Notes: generated by a model not told the origin, from the sequence alone. A stretch of 19,410 nt of DNA from Piromyces finnis finn (GCA_002104945.1 MCFH01000187.1:1-19410), one strand, 5' to 3'. Shown: positions 9,500 through 19,410, counted from the first letter of the stretch. Numbers and translations: made by a program.

Positions 9500-10800
9500 T
9501 AGTAAGACAAGAACATCAGAATTAATATTATTCTCTAATGGTCACTTCTACGAGACAGGATATCAGGCTTACCGGATTTCTTTCCAGCTCTATAAATGAG
9601 TTTAAAATCAAATCTGGATAAGAACAAATTCCATCTAATTTGTCTCTGAGATAACATTTCAGGTTTTCTAGGAAATGTTAATTCTGTGATCAGTATAAAT
9701 TATGAACGGATGGCGTGACCTTCTAAATAATGACGCCATTCTTCAAGAGCAACTACAATAGCTAAAAGTTCCTTGTCATATATAGGATAGTTTCTTTGAC
9801 AACTCGTCAAACTTTTAGAAGAAAATGCAATAGATGTAATTTGCCATCAAATTCTTGAGAGAAATAGCACCGACGCATAATTACTTAGCATCAGTTTCTA
9901 CAATAAAATTGATTATTACTATCCGCATGTTTCAGAATAGGAGCTGACGTGAACAGAGTTTTAATAAAATAAAGCGTCCTGATCTTCTTTCACCAGTTAA
10001 AGCAACATTCTTTCTAGTGAGTTTGTGAAGAGGGTTTGCAATTTTAGCAAAGTCTTTAATAAAAATTCTGTAATAGTTGCATAAACCAATAAAAGACTGA
10101 ACCTCTTTAACATTCTTGGGAACCGGCCAATCGAGAATTGCTTTAACTTTATTCTCATCCATTTGCAATCCATCCTTTGAAATGACATAACCAAGAAAAG
10201 TGGTTTCTTAACATCAAACTCACATTTTTCTAATTTAACATAAAGATTATTTTCAAGTAGTTTCTTAAGTACCTTTTTAACATGCTCATGATGTTCTTCG
10301 ATATTATTAGAATAAATAAGAATATCATCAATATATGAGATAACAAAATCGTCTAAATAGTCCACTAAGGACATCGTTAATGAAGTGTTGAAAAGTTGCA
10401 GGTGCATTCTTTAATCCAAAAGGCATAACCAGATATTCAAAATGTCCATATCTAGTACGAAAAGCCGTTTTGTATTCATCACCTTCTTTAATACGAACAG
10501 ATTATAAGCGGATTTAAGGTCTAATTTAGTAAAAATCTTAGCATTTTTCACCCTATCCAAAAGGTCACTAATTAAAGGTAAAGGATATGAATTACGAATG
10601 GTAATATCATTCAACTTTCTATAATCGATACAAAGTCTTAGGGAGCCATCCTTCTTTTTAACAAATAAAATTGGGGGCACCAGCAGGAGACGATGATTTC
10701 CTAATAAAACCTTTATTTAAATTATCATCAATATATTTTTTAAGTTCCTCTCTTTCAACTTCAGTTAATGGATACAAAGGTCCATAAAATAAAGTTGAAT
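9500..10800 (-). pseudogene. Reverse transcriptase and RNase H of element C, frameshifted
   Basis: [65 protein letters not shown]. Confidence 0.95.
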
Positions 10801-11488
10801 CATCCTTAAGTTTGATTTCACAATCATAAGGTCTATGAGGAGGTAACACTTCACAATTTTTTTCATTAAACACTTCACTAAATTCTAAATATTGGGTTGG
10901 TACGGCGACCAATTTATCTTTATTAATATCTTTTCCATTATTATTATTATTACTACATGATTCGTTATCATTATTACATGTTTCATTAATTTTTGTTACA
11001 ATACATTTAACTTTTTTATTAAAACTAATATATTCATCATCGCTATCATCTTCATCATTGATGGTTCTAACAAGGCGGCCTTTAACATATTCTTTTTCTT
11101 CATTGTTTGGGACAGAGGGATCTACTTTCGGCTTTTTGGTCAAGCTTCGGTCGAGAACATCATGATCTAACTGATCATTCTTTGACTTCTTTCTTGGTTT
11201 TCTCTTTCTTTTGCCTTTATTACAATGTCTGGCACAATAACCAGAACTAAAAGCGATTTTCTTAGAGTCGTAGAAAGCATTTGGATTATGCTTCTTTATC
11301 CACGGCAAACCAAGAATAACATCAACACCGGGGACTTGTAATCCATGAAGTTGAATTACTTCGAAGTGATTTTTTGCAACGAAGCATGCACTTCTCAGTC
11401 CTTTCCCAAACACTAACAACTCCATCACTAACACCTGAAACACGGAATGGTTCCACTTTTTCCAAATTAATACCAAGTTCTTCAGCAA
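10658..11488 (-). pseudogene. Protease end, long spacer and RT N-terminus of element C
   Basis: VDVILGLPWIKKHNP..FSSGYCARHC, low-complexity spacer, [26 protein letters not shown]. Confidence 0.9.
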
Positions 11489-12503
11489 GACTTGGATTAA
11501 TGAAATTTAATTCAGAACCGGAATCAATTAAAACCTTAATTTTAACTTCCGAAACTTCATTGGTACTCAAGTAAAAGTCCACAAGGTTTAAATCACTTTT
11601 CACTCCCTTGACTCCAACTTTGTAAATTTTTGGATTAACAATTTTTGGAGTCCTTTCTTTAACAATTCTTAACACTTTTCTGGGCTTTACTCTATTAGGA
11701 CAATTAAACTTTAAATGTCCCGGTTGTTTACAAAGAAAACATAACCCCTTTTTCTTTTCTTCTTCAAAATTGTCTATGTTTTCATTGTAATTCTTACTTG
11801 ATCCTTGGATATTCACATACCTTTTGCGTTTATTTTCTCTACTAATTCTAAATACATCCACATCCATAGGATCGTTAGCCCTTCTACCATTAAAATAAAA
11901 TTCACTTAGAGAATTTCTTTTCATCATATCTTCAACTAAAATAGTTGAAGAAATCAATTGTTCAATTGAAGTTGGGTTTGATTCAATAAAAGCCAACTTC
12001 TCCCTAAGTGGTGGTAATAAACCTTTCAGAAACATGTAGATTTTTGCGCTATCATTAAAGCTTGAATTTTGGCTAATACGTTGAAACTCGGTAATGTAAT
12101 CTAATACCTGACCAAGTTTCCTTTGGCGAATATTATCTAATTTACCGTTAGCTACAACGGTATCGTATCTATAACTGCCAAAGTTAGCCTTCAACCTATC
12201 TACAAATTCATCATAATGGTTTAAAACCCCACTATTATTCTTCATCAACACTGAAGCCCATTCCAAAGGTTTACCAGAAAAGTATGATATAACGAAGTCG
12301 ACCTTGACTCGATCTGTATTATACAGTGTCGGTCGAGTACGAAATACCAACTCCACTCTAGTTAAAAATCCATCCAATTCTCTTTGTTTACCAGAAAATG
12401 TCGGTGGAGCATTAATAATGTTCCCCGAGTTCCCGGAAACACCCACATTCCTATCACCCATTTCTAAATTTAAATTTTCAAACTCACTAATTAAATCCTC
12501 CAA
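11322..12503 (-). CDS. gag: Gag (capsid-like region and CCHC zinc knuckle) in frame with aspartic protease, element C
   Basis: PPTFSGKQRELDGFL, KVDFVISYFSGKPLEWA, DPMDVD, CFLCKQPGHLKFNC, LIDSGSELNFI. The tracked start is TTG; the first ATG is at 12461. Confidence 0.93.
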   Translation of the reverse strand: MEDLISEFENLNLEMGDRNVGVSGNSGNIINAPPTFSGKQRELDGFLTRVELVFRTRPTLYNTDRVKVDFVISYFSGKPLEWASVLMKNNSGVLNHYDEFVDRLKANFGSYRYDTVVANGKLDNIRQRKLGQVLDYITEFQRISQNSSFNDSAKIYMFLKGLLPPLREKLAFIESNPTSIEQLISSTILVEDMMKRNSLSEFYFNGRRANDPMDVDVFRISRENKRKRYVNIQGSSKNYNENIDNFEEEKKKGLCFLCKQPGHLKFNCPNRVKPRKVLRIVKERTPKIVNPKIYKVGVKGVKSDLNLVDFYLSTNEVSEVKIKVLIDSGSELNFINPSLAEELGINLEKVEPFRVSGVSDGVVSVWERTEKCMLRCKKSLRSNSTSWITSPRC

Positions 12504-12684
12504 TTCAAAATATAATATATAATATAAAATTAAAATGGTTTCTTACTACTATTTCAAGTAAGTAATCTTAAATTTTTTTTTTTAATTACACTACTACAAT
12601 TTATCCTAATACAAAAAGTTATTCAAACGCGTTCTGCAAAGCAGTGTCGAACAAGTTTTGTATTACTAATTAATATTGGTTAAT

Positions 12685-12832
12685 TCTTCTTTCTTCTTGC
12701 ACTCGGTGGTAGTTTCTAATTCTAACCAGTAGTCAAAATTTCTTCTTTCTTTTTATTCGGCGGTAGTTTCCAATTCTAACCAGTAATTAAAGTTCTTTCT
12801 TCCTTTTTGTACCCGGCGGTAGATACCCTAAC
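12685..12832. repeat. Tandem repeat of about 54-56 bp (about 2.6 copies) in the 5' leader of element C
   Basis: cgg(t/c)ggtag at 12704, 12758 and 12814; the first two copies share gtagtttc(t/c)aattctaaccagta. Confidence 0.85.
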
Positions 12833-12852
12833 GTATTCTCTATCTTCGTTGG

Positions 12853-12863
12853 GTAATTGTTAT
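12853..12863 (-). promoter_or_regulatory. Self-priming (Tf1-type) primer-binding site of element C
   Basis: ATAACAATTAC directly after the LTR end CATTACA; exactly complementary to the minus-strand LTR sequence GTAATTGTTAT at 7443-7433. Confidence 0.7.
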
Positions 12864-13200
12864 TGTAATGGCGACACAGAAAGAATAGATTAGGATATCT
12901 ATTCTATTACAATAACACTAAATTTAAAATAAAAATAAAAAATTGTTTTATTAAAATTCTATTATAATAAAAGATATTTTATAAAACAATTTTTTATTTT
13001 ATTTTTTCAAATTTTTGTGTTATTGTAATAGAATAGATATCCTAATCTATTCTTTCAGTGTTCAACATTACATTTAATTATTAATAAATAAATTATGTCT
13101 CATTTTCTTTTTCTGAATATAATTTGTGTAACTTAAACAATAATACTTGTGGCTTAAGTTACATTAAAGATATCAAACAGAGGCGTTTGATATCTTTACA
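12864..13200 (-). repeat. Rearranged 5' LTR of element C (337 bp) containing a 209-bp palindrome
   Basis: 13073-13200 equals the U3 start of the 3' LTR; 12864-13072 is TGTAATG...CATTACA with long inverted arms. Confidence 0.85.
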
Positions 13201-15799
13201 TCCTCCATATAATCCTCAAAATAATGGAATTGCTGAACGTTTTAACTATACATTAATCAGTTGTACAAAATCTTTATTACAATCAAGTAAAATGGGGACT
13301 GAATTTTGGGATTATGCTATTAAGTATGCTAATCTTTTATATAATATAACACCACATAAAGGTATTAAAAATAAAATTCCAAATGAAGTATTTTATAGTA
13401 AAAAGGTTGATCTTAAATACATTAAAGTTTTTGGATGTATAGCTTACTTTAAAGATTTTTCTCAAGATAAAATAAAATTTAAAAGTAATGCAATTAAAGG
13501 AGTTTTTGTTGGATTTAATATGGAATCTAATTGTTATATGATTTTAGACTTAAAAAATTATAATATTCACTTAGTAAGGGAAGTTATATTTGATGAAGAA
13601 ACCCCTTCTAGTTTATCTGTCAACAAAAACAATGTAAAACTTCCAACTAACATTTTTAATAATGATAATTATATATTTGAATCCTCGATAATTAATACAA
13701 ATGAAGAATCAAATAATAAGGATAAATCAGGCATTATATACAATGAAATAAATGACACAAATAATAATAATGTGAATAATTCAAATATGTCTAATAATAA
13801 TGAAGAAGATAAATTAAATAAAAATACTGATAATATTATTAATGAAAGTGCTTCAAGTTTTAAATCTCTTAGTGTTTCCAGTGATGACGATTACATTCAG
13901 TCATCAAATATATCAGATATTGATAATTCAAATAATTCCACTATAAATAAAAATTTAACATCTAATAATAATATTAACAAAACAAATTATTTAGTATTTA
14001 ATAACTCGAATATTAATCCTTTAAAACATAAATTAAATAATACTAATTCTTTCAACAATAAAAAATTAAAATCCTCATTTAATGATTCAGTAAAACGACG
14101 TGGATGCATTTTATCTTCTAATTTTAATAAAAAATTAAAACCTTCTTTTAATGAGTCAATTAAAAGACCAGGCAGTCCTATATTTTTTAATGATAACAAG
14201 AAAAATAAAATCTCATTAGACTATATTGAACCATCTAATCAAAACCTTGCAACTGATACACCTTTATCTTTCAAACAAGCGATCAATTGTAAAGAACGTG
14301 AATCTTGGCTCATTGCTATCAATTCAGAAATCAAAAGTTTTTATGACAATAATATTATGACCTTTGTTAAAAAACTCCCTACTGGAAAATCAGCTATTTC
14401 TACCAAATGGATTTTTACCATTAAAAGGGATCAATATGGTAATATTAATAAATATAAAGCTCGACTTGTTGCAAGAGGTTTTACCCAAAGAAAAGGTATA
14501 GATTTTGAACTCACTTTTTCTCCTACTTTAAACATTGATAGTTTAAAGTTTATTATAGCTATAGCTGCAAAATCTAATTGGCCTATTATGCAACTTGATA
14601 TTAAAGCCGCTTATCTTAATGCACCACTTGACAAAGAAATATATGTTTCTATCCCTCCAGGAGACGTTAACTACGGACGTGGTTATTGGCTTCTTAATAG
14701 AGCTCTCTATGGTCTCAAACAATCTGGTCGCCAATGGAATCTTTTACTTAGTAATTTCCTTAAAAATAACCAATTCAATCAATTAATTTCTGAACCGTGT
14801 ATTTTTAAGAAAATGATGGGGGATAAATTAGTTTGCATTATAGGTGTTTATGTAGATGACTTATTAATAACAGGAATAAATAAAAATGTTCAAGAAATAA
14901 TAAATAAAATAAAGAAAAATTTTAAAATTTCAAAATGCAGTCCTGCTGAGTATATTCTAGGAATAAGTATTGAACGCAACAATTTTAAATATTCTATTAA
15001 TCAAATTCAATTCATTAAAGATATATTAAAAAAATTCAAAGTTAAAAATATCCGAAAAGCAAAGACTCCATGTACTGATGATTATTCAACAAAATATGAA
15101 GAAGAAAATTTTGACAAAACAGTATATAAAAGCGCTGTCGGATCTTTAATCTATTTATCCAGATGCACTAGACCTGACATAACATTCGCAGTCAATAAAG
15201 TAGCAAGGAATTCAGAACATCCAACTAAAGCTGACTGGAAAAAGGTATTAAATATATTAAAATATTTAAATTATACTAAAAGTTATAAAATTGAATATAA
15301 AGGACAGGGAGAAATTGTAGCATATACTGATGCAGACTTTGGAGGTGACCCTAAAGATAGAAAATCTACTTCCGGATACATAATTCTTATGAACAATGAT
15401 CCTATATGCTGGCAATCTAAAAAGCAATCTGTAGTTGCTACATCTACTGCCGAAGCTGAATATATAGCAATGGCTGAATGTACTAAAAAAGTATTATGGA
15501 TAAAGAATATTTTAAAAGAATTGTTCAATTACAAAAAACCAATTACAATTCATACAGATAATTTAGCAAGCAAAACTATCATTGAAAACGGGGAACTTAA
15601 TAACAAATTAAAACATATAGAAATAAAATTCTTTTTCAATAAGGATAATATTAAAAATAAAAAAGTAAAGTTAGAATATATTAATTCAGAAAAAATGCTG
15701 GCCGACCCACTTACCAAAAATTTCAATGGACCGAAAATGACAAAATTTACAGACCAAATTTTTAATAAGAAAACATTCTGGTCTGAGGGGGAATGTTAG
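13201..15799 (+). CDS. Ty1/copia pol, 5'-truncated (integrase core end, Asn-rich linker, RT, RNase H)
   Basis: PPYNPQNNGIAERFN, KYIKVFGCIAY, KYKARLVARGFTQRKGIDF, QLDIKAAYLN, LYGLKQSGRQW, YVDD, YTDADFGG, RKSTSGY, AEAEY, ADPLTK. IN precedes RT (copia order). The first 26 codons of tracked ORF 13124 are LTR-derived, not copia. Confidence 0.96.
14057..14200 (+). repeat. 69-nt (23-aa) in-frame tandem duplication in the copia integrase linker
   Basis: NKKLKSSFNDSVKRRGCILSSNF / NKKLKPSFNESIKRPGSPIFFND / NKK. Confidence 0.85.
15785..15793 (+). promoter_or_regulatory. Polypurine tract of the copia element
   Basis: GAGGGGGAA immediately before TGTTAG; the ORF reads through it and stops inside the LTR. 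Confidence 0.88.
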
Positions 15800-16085
15800 A
15801 ATATCTTAGAATAAATTAAATATGTGTTAAAACAATTTTATTTTCTGTTTAAAATAATTAATAATGTATTAGTAAATGTATTAATAATAATTAGTAGTGT
15901 ATTAGTAATTCACATGTTCTAAGAACATTTATTAGCAATAGTTTTTAGTTTTATAACTAGCCACATTTTATAGTATAAATTTATTCAATTTCTCATTAAT
16001 TAATTCTTTGTAATTACCATAATCTATTAATATTAATAATAAAATTAAACTATATTTTTAATAAAATATTTTAACTAATAAAACA
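15794..16085 (+). repeat. 3' LTR of the copia element (right end uncertain)
   Basis: Starts TGTTAG after the PPT, has TATAAAT near 15974 and a candidate end AATAAAACA at 16085. No partner LTR to confirm. Confidence 0.55.
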
Positions 16086-17476
16086 TTCAGATACTTTATT
16101 TAATTTATTTAGTTAAATATATTTCATATATTTATATAATTTATTTAATTTATTTAATTAAATAATAATTTGTTCATTTGATTTTTAAATAATATTTATA
16201 TACAAGAATCCGTAATTTTACCCTTTAATTATATATTACTAATTAATTTACCTGTTATATCTAAACACGGATTTACTTTAGGAAATCGGTATTTTAAGGT
16301 TTTTCCGATTATCATTACAAATAATTGGTTTTACTTAAAATTTACACGATGACCAATATGATTAGAATATTGGTTGAAAACTTGTTTAGGTTTTTCTTCT
16401 AGTCTTTTCCAAAACATTTTATTTGTTAAGATTAGAACTCATTTATTTAACCTTATTTTTTAATAAAAATATAAATAAACACTCTTGAAATTCTTTAGAA
16501 TTCAAGAGTTATTATTATAAGAAAAATTAATTATAATAAATAATAAATAATTTTATTTAATAAAAATTAATTAATAAAAAAATCCTATTATTAATAAAAC
16601 ATAATTCTTATATTATCCATTTTATTCTCATCCCTCTTCCCATTTGTGTTTTTTGTTGTTTATTATAAATCCTTATAATAAACTCGTTAAGTTCTAGTTT
16701 TTTAATTTCATATTTAATTTTTTTTTCCATATACATATAATTTAATATTAAATTTTAATATTGAGTTATCGACAAGTAATTATATTATACTATTTAATAT
16801 AAATATTATAATAAAATTACTACATTGTCAAAAAGCGATTTTGTAAAATATTCTAAACTAAGTTCAGGTTTGTATACACTCAATAGACTAAACTACACTT
16901 TAAATTATTTTTAATTTTTATATTTTATTTATTAAATTATTCTAAAATAACTAAACTAAAACAACCGTTGATTACTTTACCGTGAAGGATATTTTACCAG
17001 AGCCCTCACTAGGTAATCAATATTTATTATTAAAAAAAAAACAACTAAACTAATTATAAATGTTAATTTATCTAAACAAAATTAACCTATACGATTTTCT
17101 AACTATCGTTTCAATAGTTGAAAAATTTTCTTTATTTATACTTTTTAAATAAATTGAATAAATTCTAATATACATGTTTTAATATTATAATTTTACATTG
17201 TTTACATTTATACATTTATTAAAAGAAATTATTTGTATTAAACTATTTAAATTCAATTTATTTACTAAAGAATTTTCTAAACTTAAAATAAAGTTTTGAT
17301 TTATTTACTATATGGTTGATTATATTTCAAACATATATTTAATTTATTTATTTCTAATTTTGAGGCTTAGTTTATAAAAAAATTTTTTTATTATCTAAAA
17401 TATTTATTGGTTAAAAATTATTTAATTTAAAATTTTATTTTATCATCAAAAACTTTATCTTATCATAAAATTAAAT

Positions 17477-17574
17477 TTTACATAAATTTATGTTAATGTA
17501 TTGTGATATAAATTTTTGTAATTAAAAAATAAAATTTACATAAATTTATGTTAATGTATTGTGATATAAATTTT
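17477..17574. repeat. Perfect 40-bp direct repeat, two copies, 58-bp period
   Basis: tttacataaatttatgttaatgtattgtgatataaatttt at 17477 and 17535; each contains the palindrome acataaatttatgt. Confidence 0.9.
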
Positions 17575-18059
17575 ATGAAAATTTACGGTACATTAATTTA
17601 ATACATTATACATTATTTTAAATACGTATTAAATACATTATTCTATTAATACAATATTTTACAGATTTTTTATTAAAGAAAAGTGTGGTAAGCACACTAG
17701 TTATATTAATTAACAAATATAATACGCTTTCCTATTGAAGGCGTAAAGCTAATAATATTTATATAAAGAAAATTAAATAATATTTTTATTTAGCAATAAC
17801 TTAATATCAGCATATATTAAGTTATTAAAAATATTAAAATTTTTAAAGTTTTAGGTTTTATAGGAGTTTATAAATTCTATTAACTTTAAGTTAAAAAATT
17901 ACTAACGCTAAAGCTTCGTAATTTTTGTCAATTTTTGTTCTTTTTATACATGAACAATTTTAATTATTACATTTTTTAATTTTAATTAATTATTGTCTAA
18001 TTATAAAATATTTAATTTTTATAAATTAATAATTAATATAATTATTGTAAATAGTTAAT

Positions 18060-18250
18060 AAATTTAATATAAAATTTTTAATAATAAAATTTTAATAATT
18101 TTAAAAAAAATTTAATAATTTCAAATATTAGAAATTTTATAATTTGAAATTTTTTAATAAAAATTTAAAAAATAAATTTTTTCAAATTTTTCAAATTTTC
18201 AAATTTTAAAAAAATTTTTAATTTTTTCCATGTGTCCAAATTTTTTAAAT
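18060..18250. repeat. Low-complexity alternating A/T tracts (aaatttt / ttcaaattt)
   Basis: Repeated aaattt(t) and ttcaaattt units. Confidence 0.7.
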
Positions 18251-18500
18251 TTTATATATGTTATTGTGACATATTTTTACAATAGAAAAATATTATCTTT
18301 ATATATATTTTACTATAGAAAGTGATTAATATTTGTATCTAAAAAAAATAAGAAAATAAAATAAATGATTTTTTATACTTGTTCATTTGCAAGTATTAGT
18401 TAATGTTTAAAAAAATATAAAGTTAATTTAATTATAAAATTATATCATTATTTAATAACTCTAGTATTATAAATAAAAAAAAATGTATGTTTTTATATTC

Positions 18501-18636
18501 TAATTTTCAGGGATTATTAGTAAGCCCTTTAAAAATAAAGTTTTATTATAAAATCATTTTTGAATTTAATATTTAAAAGTATATATATCTAATTTTTCGC
18601 TCTGGATTATTAGGAACATCTTTTAAAATAAAGTAA
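18501..18636. repeat. Degenerate two-copy direct repeat, period about 90 bp
   Basis: taatttt(t)c..ggattattag..ttt(t)aaaataaagt at about 18501 and 18590. Confidence 0.55.
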
Positions 18637-19410
18637 TTCTATCACTATTTATACAAAATTATTATTTTAAAGTATAATTATAAACAAATATAAACTATTT
18701 AATTTAAAAATAAATAAACAATTAAATAAACAAAAAATTTACATTTATAATTTTTAATTTAATAATTTTATACATGTTAATTATTTTAATTTTCAACTAT
18801 CTGTGTTTTAATAATAATATTATTATTATAAATTCATAACTTATAAATTTAATTATTTATCATTTTGTCACAATAACATATTGTAAAATATTTAATTTAA
18901 ATCTAACCTTTAAATTATGTCAAGAATAGAAGACGATTAAAAATTAAATTAAATATTCAAATAAACAATTTAAAAATCAAATTTATATTTCAAAAATTAT
19001 AAAACACTTTTAAAAATAATTAAAAAGATCACTTGGAAAAATTTAATATTGAAAAGGGTTAAGGATCACAAAAATTTAATTTTCAATAAATTAACCCTTG
19101 AGAAAAAATATATACGAAACTAGTGATAATTATGAATCTCGTGTCCTATTTTCCTTTTCTAGAGACTTCAAACCAATTTTATTAGAAAGTACTGGTTGAG
19201 ATCTATATTCTCACAAATTTTCAGCTAATTTAGACCACTAGTTCTTGAGATATAGCTATTTAAAGAATTAATTAGTTCCAATAAATATATAATAATATAT
19301 ATTAAAATGATTAATATTAATTTATATAATTAAAGTCATTATTCAAGTCATCCAACTTTCTATAAATAATTCAATTTAAAAATTCTCCATTATTATTAAA
19401 TAAGGTTAGA

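Larger units (their letters stand above)
7321..13200 (-). mobile_element. Element C: near full-length Ty3/gypsy chromovirus (gag-PR-RT-RH-IN-chromodomain) with two LTRs
   Basis: All domains in order, with PBS-like site and PPT. LTR segment 7784-7910 matches 13073-13200, and 7321-7440 matches part of 12864-13072. Confidence 0.95.

Noticed and set aside
11322-11488. Overlap of the gag-PR ORF and the next ORF, suggesting programmed frameshifting
   Set aside because: The shift falls inside the protease and the element has many other 1-bp indels, so error or decay is more likely.
12685-12832. Repeat with variable intervening sequence, superficially CRISPR-like
   Set aside because: The units are degenerate tandem copies with homologous spacers, the context is eukaryotic, and there are no cas genes.
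1325-15528. Short tracked ORFs opposite or overlapping retroelement genes (for example 1325-1537, 1996-2181, 4344-4541, 5133-5324, 7988-8239, 11374-11574, 12304-12522, 13987-14199, 14543-14786, 15283-15528)
   Set aside because: They are antisense or off-frame shadows of pol and gag, with no recognisable motifs.
3480-17913. 14-nt identity tactaacgctaaag at about 3480 and 17900
   Set aside because: No extension on either side; an isolated match in AT-rich DNA.
18915-19270. Slightly GC-richer stretch that might be a decayed coding fragment (minus-strand WSKLAENL*EYRSQPVLSNKIGLKSLEKE), with a 9-bp inverted repeat aagggttaa/ttaaccctt
   Set aside because: All frames are interrupted by stops and I recognise no motif; a TBLASTX search would be needed.

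Overview
An extremely AT-rich eukaryotic region made almost entirely of nested or abutting LTR retrotransposons. I found no host gene, RNA gene or CRISPR array. The base composition and element types suggest an AT-rich fungus such as an anaerobic gut fungus (Neocallimastigomycota); this is inference only. From left to right: (A) the 3' half of a chromodomain-bearing Ty3/gypsy element on the minus strand (1-2504), cut inside RT by an orphan LTR-like segment (E, 2505-3151); (B) a gag-less, integrase-core-less chromovirus (3192-6647, minus) whose two LTRs do not match; (D) the 3' tail of another chromovirus (6648-7320, minus) that uses B's right-hand LTR as its own 3' LTR and carries an unexplained 80-codon open frame between two poly(A) tracts; (C) a near full-length young chromovirus (7321-13200, minus) with an 11-nt Tf1-type self-priming signature and a 5' LTR rearranged into a 209-bp palindrome; then the 3' part of a Ty1/copia pol (13201-15799, plus) with PPT and 3' LTR; and about 3.3 kb of very AT-rich non-coding DNA. 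Many gypsy frameshifts are single-base indels that look like long-read consensus error. Coordinates of frameshifted domains were read by eye and are approximate.
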